Shown: piece by piece, positions 50,735 through 61,500 of the stretch
How the letters are laid out: each line of letters begins with the position of its first letter
Position numbering within the stretch: the first letter of the stretch is position 1
Translations under genes and position numbers: made by a program
Source of the DNA: Candidatus Cloacimonadales bacterium
GTDB lineage: Bacteria; Cloacimonadota; Cloacimonadia; Cloacimonadales; JAIOQZ01
DNA length: 64,000 nucleotides
Reading direction: 5' to 3'
NCBI GenBank assembly: GCA_963665815.1
Contig: OY762463.1
Span: forward strand, 3,456,001 to 3,520,000
Notes under the pieces: model-generated
Told to the model about the DNA's origin: nothing
What the model saw: the letters and a program-made list of their open reading frames with translations, nothing else
Database searches by the model: none

Positions 50735-52459
50735 ATGAACAGATTCAGTATTAATCATAAATGGATTGTTGAGCATCCAGATGAGTTCGATATAAAACAA
50801 GGTTTTTGTCGATTCTCAGGTGAATACATTTTAAAACCAAGTAAAGAAGAAAATCCGGGTCTGGTGAAGATATCTGATGGAACTGAAACAACCATCCACA
50901 GCTCGTATTATCCGGATAAAGAAGCAAAAAGATTTGCAGATAAAATAAGATCAGATAGAGATTGCATAATTCTTGGTGGTATGGGGCTGGGATATCACCT
51001 GAAACACGTTGTCGGCAGATTCCCTGAGAAGAAAATTATCCTTATTGAACCGGATAAGCATGTGTTTAATCTTGCACTACATTATATTGATTTAAGCGAA
51101 TTATCGGATGTCTGGTTTGTGATTGGTTTTGAAGATTTTGAACTACCGGAGTGGATTAATTTTAATTATGAGTACGATTATGTTAGTTTCACTCCTGCAA
51201 CAAGAGGAAATCCAGAGTATTTCGGTAACTTGGAAAAACTTGTAAAAAAGCAGAAAAGGTATTCACTCAGTGATGACTGGAAATACAGGAAGTTTACAAG
51301 TGAACAGTTAAGAATCGTTTATATAGACAGTGCTTATGTTTTGACAAAAGAATGTGTTACAGCTCTTCAACAACTAGGTCACAGAGTTCAGTATATCCAT
51401 ATTGACAGAGATAATTATGATTACAGAGAATTCATACGCAACTTCCTGAAGATGATCGCAGATTTCAGACCTGATTTTGTTCTTACTGTTAATCACCTGG
51501 GATTCGATAAAGAAGGGAGACTGACTGAGATGCTCTCCGAAATGGAGATACCTTATGCCTCCTGGTATGTAGACAGTCCTACTGTGGTTCTTTCTAACTA
51601 TACGGGTAACATCTCGGAATACTGCAATATATTCGTCTGGGACAGAGATTACATTGAAGACGTGAAAGACTACGGATATGAGAATGTGGATTATCTTCCG
51701 CTGGCAACATCTCCGGATATATTCTATCCGATGAACAAACCATTCAGTTATGATGTTTCTTTTGTTGGCAGCAGCATGGTGTACAGTACTCATAAAAACA
51801 CAAGGAGTTTCATTTTCAGACAGGACTTGCTGAATGCAATTGACATTGTAGCCATTGAATTTCTGAGTATGGATACAAGGTATGTAGATCATGCTATTGA
51901 CAGCGTCAGGAAGAAAGGCATTGTAATTAATTTTGAGTATGATGATCAGCAGGCAGATTTTGAAGCTGCGGTTCTATGGCGAGCGACTCAAATGTACAGG
52001 CTTTCCGGTATTATGAAACTGGCAGAGTTCTATCCGGCGGTGAATGGAGATCCTAACTGGGATCACATTCTTGATAACCGTTTCAGGATTGGTCGCGAAA
52101 TAATGTACTATGATAATTTGTGTGAACACTATAATGTAACGAAGATTAATTTTAATATGACTTCGCGACAGATGAAGAATGCTGTGAACCAGAGAGTGTT
52201 TGATGTTCCTGCCTGTGGAAAGTTCATAATTTCTGATTATAAATCTCAGCTGGATGAGATCTTTGATAAAGGTGAAGTTGTATTTTACAATGATATTGAA
52301 GAAATACCGGAGCTTGTCAGATTTTATCTGAATAATGATGAATCCAGAGAAGCTGTAACCGAAGCGTCCAGAAAGAAAATACTGGAAGCACATACTTACA
52401 AACACAGACTGGCTAAGATGATCAGCATATTGAGAAAAAGATATGAAGGAAATGTTTGA
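50735..52459 (+). CDS. CgeB/DUF3880-type glycosyltransferase with MAF-like N-terminal domain
   Basis: N-terminal IHSSYYP.KEA, GMGLGYHL, LIEPD; C-terminal WYVDSP, YLPLA, DVSFVG, NQRVFDVPACG, HTYKHR. Confidence 0.8.
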   Translation: MNRFSINHKWIVEHPDEFDIKQGFCRFSGEYILKPSKEENPGLVKISDGTETTIHSSYYPDKEAKRFADKIRSDRDCIILGGMGLGYHLKHVVGRFPEKKIILIEPDKHVFNLALHYIDLSELSDVWFVIGFEDFELPEWINFNYEYDYVSFTPATRGNPEYFGNLEKLVKKQKRYSLSDDWKYRKFTSEQLRIVYIDSAYVLTKECVTALQQLGHRVQYIHIDRDNYDYREFIRNFLKMIADFRPDFVLTVNHLGFDKEGRLTEMLSEMEIPYASWYVDSPTVVLSNYTGNISEYCNIFVWDRDYIEDVKDYGYENVDYLPLATSPDIFYPMNKPFSYDVSFVGSSMVYSTHKNTRSFIFRQDLLNAIDIVAIEFLSMDTRYVDHAIDSVRKKGIVINFEYDDQQADFEAAVLWRATQMYRLSGIMKLAEFYPAVNGDPNWDHILDNRFRIGREIMYYDNLCEHYNVTKINFNMTSRQMKNAVNQRVFDVPACGKFIISDYKSQLDEIFDKGEVVFYNDIEEIPELVRFYLNNDESREAVTEASRKKILEAHTYKHRLAKMISILRKRYEGNV

Positions 52460-53280
52460 TGAATTTAATAGATAAAATGAATGAACTTAGCAGACAAAAC
52501 ATATCGTTTGTGCTGGCAACTGTTGTTGAAGCAGTTAAAAGCACTCCCGGAAGAACCGGATTCAAAATGATCATCACAAGAGACGGAGAAAGCTGGGGAA
52601 CAGTTGGGGGGGGCAATGTTGAGCGTCAAGTGCAGAATAAAGCTGCAGAGATGTTCGATACAAGAGAAAACCAGTTGCTCAATTACAAGCTTACTGAGGA
52701 AGAAACCAGTCCTGGAATGATATGCGGGGGAGAGATCAGGATTTTTCTTGAGTACATTAAAGCTGAGACACGGATTATTCTGTTTGGAGCGGGGCACTTA
52801 TGCAGGAGCTTGGTTCCTGTGCTTAACCTGATGAACTACCAGACAGTTATTGTTGATGACAGAGACGGCTTTGCCAATAAGGAGCAAATTCCCCGGGGAG
52901 ATGAGTTTTATACTGTAGATTATACAGAGTTTATCAAAACATTCAAGTTTGCTGAAGAGGATTCAGTTGTAATTTTTACTCATGCCCATAAGAGTGACAG
53001 TGTGATTCTGGAAGCTCTGCTCGAAAAAGGAGTAGAACTGAAGTATTGCGGTATGATTGGATCAAAACATAAGGTTGCTGCTACTCTAAAACCATTGAAA
53101 GAAAGGTTTCCGAACAGTGAGCTGCTGAAAAATCTGTTTGCCCCTATAGGTCTTAACATAGCCAATAGAACAACAACAGAGATTGCTGTTTCCATAGCTG
53201 CTGAGATTCTTGGTGTCTTGAATGGTGTAGAAAAAGTTGATAATATGAGGAATAAGGAAACTAACTGCGAAAACAACTAA
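52456..53280 (+). CDS. XdhC/CoxI-family molybdoenzyme accessory protein
   Basis: STPGRTGFKM, GTVGGG..E, GMICGG, FGAGH, GMIGS, APIGL, EIAVSIAAE. Confidence 0.9.
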   Translation: MMNLIDKMNELSRQNISFVLATVVEAVKSTPGRTGFKMIITRDGESWGTVGGGNVERQVQNKAAEMFDTRENQLLNYKLTEEETSPGMICGGEIRIFLEYIKAETRIILFGAGHLCRSLVPVLNLMNYQTVIVDDRDGFANKEQIPRGDEFYTVDYTEFIKTFKFAEEDSVVIFTHAHKSDSVILEALLEKGVELKYCGMIGSKHKVAATLKPLKERFPNSELLKNLFAPIGLNIANRTTTEIAVSIAAEILGVLNGVEKVDNMRNKETNCENN

Positions 53281-53320
53281 AAATACGAGATATAAAGAGA
53301 GATTTGTATGAATTTGGACT

Positions 53321-53368
53321 GCTTTGACTGAGTCAAAGCTCTTTACATCGACATAGTCGATGAACTCC
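53321..53368. repeat. REP-like double hairpin downstream of RAYT-2
   Basis: GCTTTGAC-TGA-GTCAAAGC then CATCGAC-ATA-GTCGATG-AACTCC (minus strand: GGAG-TT-hairpin). Confidence 0.8.
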
Positions 53369-53382
53369 TATAATTGATTTAA

Positions 53383-53925
53383 TCAGAAGCTATCATTGAT
53401 TTCGAGTTTATCTATTGGGTACAATTCTTTTACTTCTTCTATATCATTACCTTGATCTTCTAATCTATAAAAGTAACTGCCAAACTTCCAATTATCAGGT
53501 GTTGTAACATAACCGTGCTTTACCGGATTGTGCCAAATGTAATTTACTCTTGCATAATAAGATTTTTGATAAGATATACATTTATCCCAGTAATTATGAA
53601 AATATTTTTCTCTTTGTTTAACAATACAATTTCGAGAAAGCCAGTTTGCTGTAAACTTATGGAAATTATTCAATACATTTCTGAGAGTTTTAGCATTCTT
53701 TGGAGCATCAGCCATTAGATGAATATGATTATCAAGGATTACCCAATCCTCTAGTTCCCAACCAAAGTGCTCAAATGATTCTATAAGATATTTCAAAGCA
53801 GCTTCTTTTGCTGCATCTGTTTTCAAGTACTTGAATTTTCCTAAGGTTGAGGCAGTGATAAAATACTTTGAATCAGGAACAAACAAATGGGGAGGATTGT
53901 GCTTATATCTTCTAATTTTATTCAT
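53383..53925 (-). mobile_element. Second REP-associated tyrosine transposase (HUH Y1)
   Basis: YFITAST, WVILDNHIHL (HUH), YWD..I, NYIWHNPVKHG (catalytic Tyr), W.FGS; start set at ATG 53925. Confidence 0.87.
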
Positions 53926-53964
53926 GATTGAATTCCTTAACAAATATGTTGTGTAAAACCCAGA

Positions 53965-54152
53965 CATCGACACAGTCGATGAACTCCTATAACTGATTTT
54001 ATCAGAAGCTATCATTGATTTCGAGTTTATAGTATTAGTACAGAATTGGAAGATTTCCTTTTCTATATAAAACTTTAAAGGTTTGATTTACAGTACTTCG
54101 GATTGCTTTAACTGTGTCAAAGCTCTTTACATCGACACAGTCGATGAACTCC
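53965..54152. repeat. Two more copies of the GGAG-type REP hairpin upstream of RAYT-2
   Basis: CATCGACACAGTCGATGAACTCC at 53965 and 54130; the GCTTT.ACTG.GTCAAAGC hairpin recurs at 54105. Confidence 0.8.
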
Positions 54153-54162
54153 CAACAAACTT

Positions 54163-54648
54163 CTACACTATTTTCTTATGAACTGCTTGGCGTTTAGCAA
54201 AGAAATTCCAGAAGAAGACTGTGCTTCCTGCAATAACCTTTGCCCAGATGTATTTCCTGATATTCAGTCCAATAGCTGAACTTAAGGTTATCAGAACGTT
54301 AAGATTAACAAACTCTGTCAGAGTGTACATGAGAACTTGATTGAGCCCCAGACCTATCATGCCGATAACCACGAAAATCTGAAACATGGTTGCTTCCCTC
54401 GTATGATTCTGCTTTGCAAAAACAAGTCGGGTTGTGACAAAATAGTTCATTAATGTACTTGCTATATATGATAATCCTGCTGAGAACCAGTAGTGCATAT
54501 GCAGGAACTCAGTTAATACAAAAAGAAGAATGAAATCAATAACAACTGCCAGAAATCCAGCACAGGCATATCGCAAAACCTGATAAGCAGTGTTATCATT
54601 TTCATTTTCCAGAACTTTTTCCTGATACTTAGAGACTATCTTTTTCAT
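54163..54648 (-). CDS. GtrA-family membrane protein
   Basis: Q.LRY...G..A..ID, four hydrophobic helices, AK......FFWNF. Confidence 0.88.
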   Translation of the reverse strand: MKKIVSKYQEKVLENENDNTAYQVLRYACAGFLAVVIDFILLFVLTEFLHMHYWFSAGLSYIASTLMNYFVTTRLVFAKQNHTREATMFQIFVVIGMIGLGLNQVLMYTLTEFVNLNVLITLSSAIGLNIRKYIWAKVIAGSTVFFWNFFAKRQAVHKKIV

Positions 54649-55914
54649 TTACTCAAAATAGAATATTGCCTTAATCGGATCAATTTTTGCGGCTTTCCAG
54701 GCAGGGTATAGTCCGAAGAGAATACCAACAGCCAAAGAAAATCCCAGTCCTAACATGACTCCATCGGATGGTATTGAAAAATCGATACTTGCTTTCTTTG
54801 AAAACTTATGAAGTATAATAAGTGCCAGGAGTATACCTGTTATTGCTCCCAGAATTGATAAGGTTACCGATTCAGCAATGAAGTACCCGAAAATATCTTT
54901 CTCATTTGCTCCACAACTTTTTCTTATTCCGATTTCAAGCATTTTTTCATTTATTGAAATCAGAAGAGTACTGAATAGTCCTATACCTCCGACAAATAAT
55001 GAAATTGAAGCAATCGAAATTAAAGTGATCTGCCACTTCATTATCATGTCTTTGAGTTCTTGAGTGTTTTTAAGCTCATCCTCTCCAATATCCTGAAACG
55101 CAAAGTCGTGAGTCATGTTATGTTTAGCAAGCATTAATTGGTATAGTTTTGTTTTCAGGTTCATGTATTGTTTTTCATCATGAGCCTGAACATGAATGCT
55201 TTGAACCTCTCTATTATTAGATATGTACTTAGCACCTGTTTCAACTGGTATATAGACTCCTTCCAGATCATACTGTCTCTCCCACTGATTACCTCCGAAC
55301 ATTCCCATTTCAATGTTCTCGGAAGCCAGAATTCCAATTACCCTAAGTCTAAATCTACCGATACTAACCATTTTGCCTAGAAAATCATCTGCTTTTGTTG
55401 TTGCTGTTGAAAAGGATGGACCTAATATGCAAACATTTTCACCATTTTTCTCTTCGAAACTGTTGAAAAGTCTTCCTTTTCCAATATTGTAAGATTTATT
55501 GCTGAAAAAATCATTACTCGTAGCACGAATCCTATGCCATTTCTGCATGTTTTGCGATACACTCACTTCCCATGTTTCGATGATTGCAAAAATATTCTTT
55601 GCATCAACTTTGCTTCTTATATAATTGTAATCATCTATAGTTATAGGCTTGTTTTCTCGATTTATTGTCATAAATCGTTGTCTTCCTCTACGATGGAAAT
55701 TCTGGTTCTGCTCGTTTCTAGTGATTACAATAGTATTGTTCAATCCCATTTTTTCCATATTTGCAGCAATTTTATTCTGTATACCGCTAACGGTCGCAAA
55801 CATACTTACGACAGCTGCAACACCAATAAGTATACCAAGAACTGTGAGAAATGATCGCATTTTATGTGACCAGATACTCTGAAGCGCATTCGCAAACGAG
55901 TTAGCTATATGCAT
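54649..55914 (-). CDS. MacB/FtsX-type ABC transporter permease
   Basis: RSFLTVLGILIGVAAVV, ISLFVGGIG, EIGIRK..GA, GLYPAWKAAK.DP. Confidence 0.9.
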   Translation of the reverse strand: MHIANSFANALQSIWSHKMRSFLTVLGILIGVAAVVSMFATVSGIQNKIAANMEKMGLNNTIVITRNEQNQNFHRRGRQRFMTINRENKPITIDDYNYIRSKVDAKNIFAIIETWEVSVSQNMQKWHRIRATSNDFFSNKSYNIGKGRLFNSFEEKNGENVCILGPSFSTATTKADDFLGKMVSIGRFRLRVIGILASENIEMGMFGGNQWERQYDLEGVYIPVETGAKYISNNREVQSIHVQAHDEKQYMNLKTKLYQLMLAKHNMTHDFAFQDIGEDELKNTQELKDMIMKWQITLISIASISLFVGGIGLFSTLLISINEKMLEIGIRKSCGANEKDIFGYFIAESVTLSILGAITGILLALIILHKFSKKASIDFSIPSDGVMLGLGFSLAVGILFGLYPAWKAAKIDPIKAIFYFE

Positions 55915-58133
55915 TAATGAATTTCCTGTTTACAGCTTGGGCAAACTTTTAATGTTTTACCGTTTTTGGTTACTTCTTCAACGTAAGGATGATTACATTC
56001 CGGACAAGACATGTTTACAGGTTTATTCCAGGTTGAAAATTTACATTCAGGATATCTGGAGCATGAGAAAAATGTTTTTTGTTTCTTGCTTTTCTTTTCC
56101 AGAATATCACCCTCTTTACATTCAGGGCATTTTATACCTGTTGTAAATGGTTTGGTAAACTTGCATTTAGGATAGTTTGAACAGGCAATGAACTTACCGA
56201 ATCTACCGTTTTTAATCAGTAGTGGATTACCGCATTCTGGGCAGTTTTCATCAAGTTTCGGTTCTTCCTTAATCTTGATTGTTCCGTCTTCGTCTCTAAT
56301 GAAATTCTTGATGTTGGAACACTCAGGGTAGTTGGGACATGCCAGAAACTCACCCTTACGTCCCCATTTAATCACCATTTTAGAGTGACATTTATCACAC
56401 TCAATATCAGTTTCCTGAATAAGTTTTTCTTTTGCTTTCTTGATATCAACTTTATCAATAAGATCTTTGATTGCTGAGTAGTATTTTCCGATCAACTCCT
56501 GCCAGTTGAATTTACCATATTCAATTTCATCAAGCCCGGATTCCATTTCTGCTGTAAATTCGCTATTGAAGAAGGAATCAAAATTGTTTACAAGGAATTT
56601 ATTTACGGTATCACCAAGGTTAGTGGGAGCAAGTCGTTTTGAGATAAGCTCTACGTAAGTTCTCTGGATAATCGTATTGAGTATTGCAGCGTAAGTTGAT
56701 GGTCTTCCAATACCTTTTGATTCCAGCTCTTTAATCAGAGAAGCCTCTGTAAAACGTGCAGGTGGTTTTGTGAAGTGCTGTTGAGGTTCCATTTTATCTG
56801 TATTGAGAGGATTACCTTCTTCATAGCCTGCATCAATTTCTTCGCCCATGGAAACGTTGTAGTGAGGATACACTTTAAGGAATCCCGGTGAAGCTATTGT
56901 TGATCCGCTGGTTTTGAACACTGCTTCTCCACCGTTAATGGAAAGCTGAAGGGAATCAACAATAATTGGAGCCATCTGAGTTGCAACAAATTTTTGCCAG
57001 ATCAGATTATAGAGTCTGTACTGATCGTTATCGAGAAAGTCTTTTACGTCTGCGGGAAGTCTTTTGCAGTCAGTAGGTCGGATAGCTTCGTGAGCATCCT
57101 GTGCTTTGCTTTTATTACTGAAGACACGTGGTTTACTGCTTAGATTAGCATTTCCAAGAGTTTTAGAAATCAGTTCCCGACAGCTTGATATTGCCTCATT
57201 GGAGATTCTTACTGAGTCTGTTCTCATATAGGAAATAAGACCGACATGTTCATTATTCACCTGAATACCTTCGTAAAGCTGCTGAGCAAGCATCATGGTT
57301 TTCTTTGGTGGAAAATTCAATACTCTTGAAGCATCCTGCTGCAATGTACTTGTAATATAGGCAGGACCGGGATGGATTTTTCTCTGTTTTTTCTCGATAT
57401 TGCTGAGATCGAACTGTTGCTTGTTTATTGTATTAAAAATCTCAAGAGCATCTTTTTCAGAACCAATATTTTTACTTACTGCTTTACCTTTCCAGGTTGC
57501 CAGACTTGCTTTGAATGGTTTCAGTTTATCTTTGGAAAAAAGAGCTTCTACTGACCAGAATTCTACAGGAACAAAGGCCTTTATTGAATCTTCTCTTTCA
57601 CATATAAGTCTGAGTGCTACAGATTGAACTCTACCTGCACTGAGGCTGGAAGTAATAACTTTCCAGAGAACAGGACTTATTGAATATCCCACAAGCCTGT
57701 CAAGAATTCTTCTTGCCTGCTGGGCATCGACTTTATCCATATCTATGTCGCCGGGGACATCCATTGCTTTCTGGATAGCTTTTTTCGTAATCTCGTTGAA
57801 TACGATTCTATATACTTCCTTACCCTTAGCTTCTGCCTTAAGAACCTGAAGTATATGCCAGGCAATGGCCTCTCCTTCACGATCATGGTCAGACGCAAGG
57901 TAGATTGCATCTGCTTCTTTAGCTTTTGCCTTGAGTTCTTTGATTATCTTGGATTTTGATCGATCTGTTACGTATTTTACTTTGAAACCATTTTCAATAT
58001 CAACACCGATTGTTTTCTTAGGCAGATCTCTGATATGACCTGCTGACGCTTTGACAACAAATTTATTGTTTAAAAATTTACTGATTGTTTTTGCTTTTGC
58101 CGGAGACTCGACGATTATTAAACTTTTTCCCAT
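55914..58133 (-). CDS. topA: DNA topoisomerase I
   Basis: IVESPAKA, D.DREGE, SAGRVQS, SYMRTDS, GIGRPSTYA, C-terminal Zn ribbons. Confidence 0.97.
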   Translation of the reverse strand: MGKSLIIVESPAKAKTISKFLNNKFVVKASAGHIRDLPKKTIGVDIENGFKVKYVTDRSKSKIIKELKAKAKEADAIYLASDHDREGEAIAWHILQVLKAEAKGKEVYRIVFNEITKKAIQKAMDVPGDIDMDKVDAQQARRILDRLVGYSISPVLWKVITSSLSAGRVQSVALRLICEREDSIKAFVPVEFWSVEALFSKDKLKPFKASLATWKGKAVSKNIGSEKDALEIFNTINKQQFDLSNIEKKQRKIHPGPAYITSTLQQDASRVLNFPPKKTMMLAQQLYEGIQVNNEHVGLISYMRTDSVRISNEAISSCRELISKTLGNANLSSKPRVFSNKSKAQDAHEAIRPTDCKRLPADVKDFLDNDQYRLYNLIWQKFVATQMAPIIVDSLQLSINGGEAVFKTSGSTIASPGFLKVYPHYNVSMGEEIDAGYEEGNPLNTDKMEPQQHFTKPPARFTEASLIKELESKGIGRPSTYAAILNTIIQRTYVELISKRLAPTNLGDTVNKFLVNNFDSFFNSEFTAEMESGLDEIEYGKFNWQELIGKYYSAIKDLIDKVDIKKAKEKLIQETDIECDKCHSKMVIKWGRKGEFLACPNYPECSNIKNFIRDEDGTIKIKEEPKLDENCPECGNPLLIKNGRFGKFIACSNYPKCKFTKPFTTGIKCPECKEGDILEKKSKKQKTFFSCSRYPECKFSTWNKPVNMSCPECNHPYVEEVTKNGKTLKVCPSCKQEIH

Positions 58134-58146
58134 AATGTACCTGTTT

Positions 58147-58587
58147 TTAATTTATTATTGGTTTTTCACTTGCAGTATCAGAATCCATTACCCAGTCGAT
58201 TATTTCTTTAACCGTTACTGCATCAGGGTTAGTGAAAAACATAACGTTAGTAATTTTCTGAACTACATTTTTTGTTACTTCTTTATTCATTATCTGATAT
58301 ATACTCATAGATAGACTCACAATTTTCTCAAAAAGATATTCATCTATTGATTGCTTGTGAACAAGTTCAAGCAGATATCCGAATGCTTCACGACTCAAAA
58401 AAACTTTTTCATCTGTTGCTGCAATACGGTGATAACTGTTTTTGCTTTCTTCTTTGAAAATTTCTTTTAACAATCTGCTGATCGCAGGTTCGGTTTCCTC
58501 TCCGAAATTTTCAACCAGAGTTTCATCACTGCCGGTTTTCGATCCATCTATTTTCGAATCATATTTTGTCTTTTTTACTTGATTCAT
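58147..58587 (-). CDS. Smg/DUF494-like protein
   Basis: RIAATDEKVFLSREAFGYLLEL...ID...FEKIV resembles the DUF494 core; position just upstream of topA is typical. Confidence 0.6.
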   Translation of the reverse strand: MNQVKKTKYDSKIDGSKTGSDETLVENFGEETEPAISRLLKEIFKEESKNSYHRIAATDEKVFLSREAFGYLLELVHKQSIDEYLFEKIVSLSMSIYQIMNKEVTKNVVQKITNVMFFTNPDAVTVKEIIDWVMDSDTASEKPIIN

Positions 58588-58595
58588 AAATCCTC

Positions 58596-61500
58596 TTAAT
58601 CCTGACTACTCACTGCTCCACAGCATTTCTTGAATTTTTTGCCTGAACCGCATGGACAAGGATCGTTCCGACCCACTTTCTGATCGACTCTTCTTGGAGC
58701 AACCTTTGGTGGTGGATCAGACTGCTGATTAGTATGAGTTTCCTGAGCAGGTTGATCCAACGGTCTTGTTGAATATGCTGTTATGTTCGCATGAGATGTT
58801 GAAACACCTTTAAGAAGAGATTCAAGCTGTTCTCGAGATGATACAATATAAGTAGTATATACTTTTTTAGTAACATTTTCATATATTCTTGCAATCAATG
58901 TCTCGAACAGTTTAAAACTTTCTTTTTTGAACTCAATTAGCGGATCTTTGTTGGCGTAAGCTCTCATGCCTATGCCATCTTTAAGAAGATCCATTTCATG
59001 CAGGTGGTCTCTCCATTCGCTGTCAACTACATCAAGAAGGGATCTATGCTCTATTTTACGCATGATTTCGCTTGTCAGTTGTTCTTCCCGTTTATCATAT
59101 TCTGTAATCAGGAACTCCTGCATTTTATCCGATAGCCCTTCATGAGAAAGACCATCAGTAGATAGAGGGTCCATTGTCAGATTAAGGTTGTGATTAATCC
59201 ACTGGTAAAGCTTGGTAATATCCCATTCTTCTTCATAGGTGGTTTTTGCAGTGAGAGACATTGCGATATTATCAATTGTGTCTCGTATCATTTCCAAAAT
59301 GATATTCTTCAGGTCGTAACCTTTAAGAACATTTCTACGGAAATTATAAATAACTTCGCGTTGCTGGTTCATTACTTCATCGTATTTTATCAGTTGCTTA
59401 CGTATATTGAAGTTGTGACCTTCAACTCTTTTCTGAGCTTTTTCAACAGTGCTTGTCATCCAGGTGTGGGTTATTTTCTCACCTTCCTGAAAACCAAACT
59501 TTTTCAGCATAGGAGCAATCTTTTCTGAACCGAAAAGTCTCATAAGATCGTCTTCAAGTGACAGATAAAATCTGGATGTACCCGGGTCTCCCTGTCTACC
59601 TGCACGACCTCTTAACTGTCTGTCAATACGACGGGATTCGTGTCTTTCCGTACCAATAACATGCAGACCGTCAATAGGTTGTCCAAATGGAAATTCCTCA
59701 CTGATCTTGTCGGTTGCTTTCAGATAATCTTTCTTGTTCTGAGTTATCACGGTTTCACCAAGTTTAATATCTGTACCACGACCTGCCATATTAGTGGCAA
59801 TAGTTACAGCTCCCGGCTGTCCGGCATTCTTAACAACATCTGCTTCTTTTTCATGCTGCTTTGCATTAAGTACGTTATGTTTTATATTTTTTCTGGATAA
59901 AAGCCTGCTTAATGTTTCAGAAACATCAACAGATACTGTTCCGACCAGAACAGGTTTCTTTCTTTCGTGCCAGTATTCTATTTCTTCAATAATTGCTTTG
60001 TATTTTTCCAGCTTAGTCATTAGAATAACATCATTGTAATCTATTCTGGTAATTGGCAGATTTGTAGGTATAAGCATACATGGAAGATTATATATCTCAA
60101 CAAACTCAGCTTCTTCGGTAATAGCTGTACCGGTCATTCCTGCAAGTTTATCATACATTCTGAACAGATTCTGATATGTGATGGTAGCCAGAGTTTGAGT
60201 CGCACCTTCAATTTTAACTCCCTCTTTCGCTTCCAGAGCTTGATGGAGTCCTTCACTGAAACGTCTACCTGGCATAAGTCTTCCGGTAAACTCATCAACA
60301 ATCATTACCTTGTTGTCCTGAACAACATAATCAACGTCTTTTTCGAAGAGCGAATAACTTCTCAATAACTGAGATATATTATGCAGTTTTTCGCTTTTAT
60401 CGAGGAATCTCTGAGTAGCTTCTTCTTTCAACTCAGCTTTATCCTGATCAGGGAGATTTTCCTGTCTGTCAACTTCTTCAAGCATATCATCAAGTTGCTC
60501 AACAACAAAAAGATTCTGGTCATATCTGTGCAGTTCATTCTGACCTTTTTCACATAAATCTGCAGAATGAGCATGTTCATCTATTACATAAAACAGTTCT
60601 TCATCCAGGACGTGCATCTTTTTATCTCTGAGATAGTAGCCTTCAACATCCTGAATTGATTTTTTAACATCACTGTCTTTAGTCAGTTTCATCAGCTGTT
60701 TATTTTTGGGTGCAGCACGTTTTACTTTCAGGAGGATTTCTCCAACTTCCATCGGATCCCAGTCACCGGAGTCAATCAGCTTCTTTGCATCTGAGACAAA
60801 TCTGTTTGCCATCATATTCTGAGCGTTGACGAGTTTTGATATATATGGTTTGAGTTCAGGATAGAAGTTTTTACTTTCAGCCACAGGTCCACTGATAATA
60901 AGTGGAGTTCTGGCTTCATCAATAAGCACACTGTCAACCTCATCAATTATACAGAAAAAAAGGTCTCTTTGAACAAGCTCTTCTTTTGACCGAGCCATAT
61001 TGTCTCTGAGGTAGTCAAAACCGAATTCACTGTTTGTGCCATAAGTGATGTCACAATTATATGCTTCCTGTTTTACATCAACGCGCATTCCGTTAACAAT
61101 GCAGCCTACATTGATTCCATGAAACTCAAATATCGGTTTCATCCATTCCGAGTCACGCTGAGCAAGGTAATCATTCACCGTAATAAGGTGAACACCTCTG
61201 CCTGTAAGGGCATTCAGAAAAAGGGGAAATGTTGCCACCAGAGTTTTACCTTCACCTGTTGCCATTTCTGCTATGAAACCCTGATGAAGAGCAATTCCAC
61301 CAATTATTTGTACGTCAAATGGAACCATGTGCCAGGTTTCTTCGGAATCCCTGACTCTGTATTTATGTCCCACAAGTCTTCTACATGTATCTTTTACAAT
61401 TGCGTATACTTCAGGTAGGTAGTTATCCAGAGTATTCTGGATATGATCTTTCAGTTTCTTTTTCTGGTCATCCAGTTTATCTCCGATTGTTTCTTTTTTA

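Noticed and set aside
53926..54015. N-terminal 30-aa extension of RAYT-2 in the ORF track
   Set aside because: It runs through the REP hairpin and duplicated segment; ATG 53925 is the more plausible start
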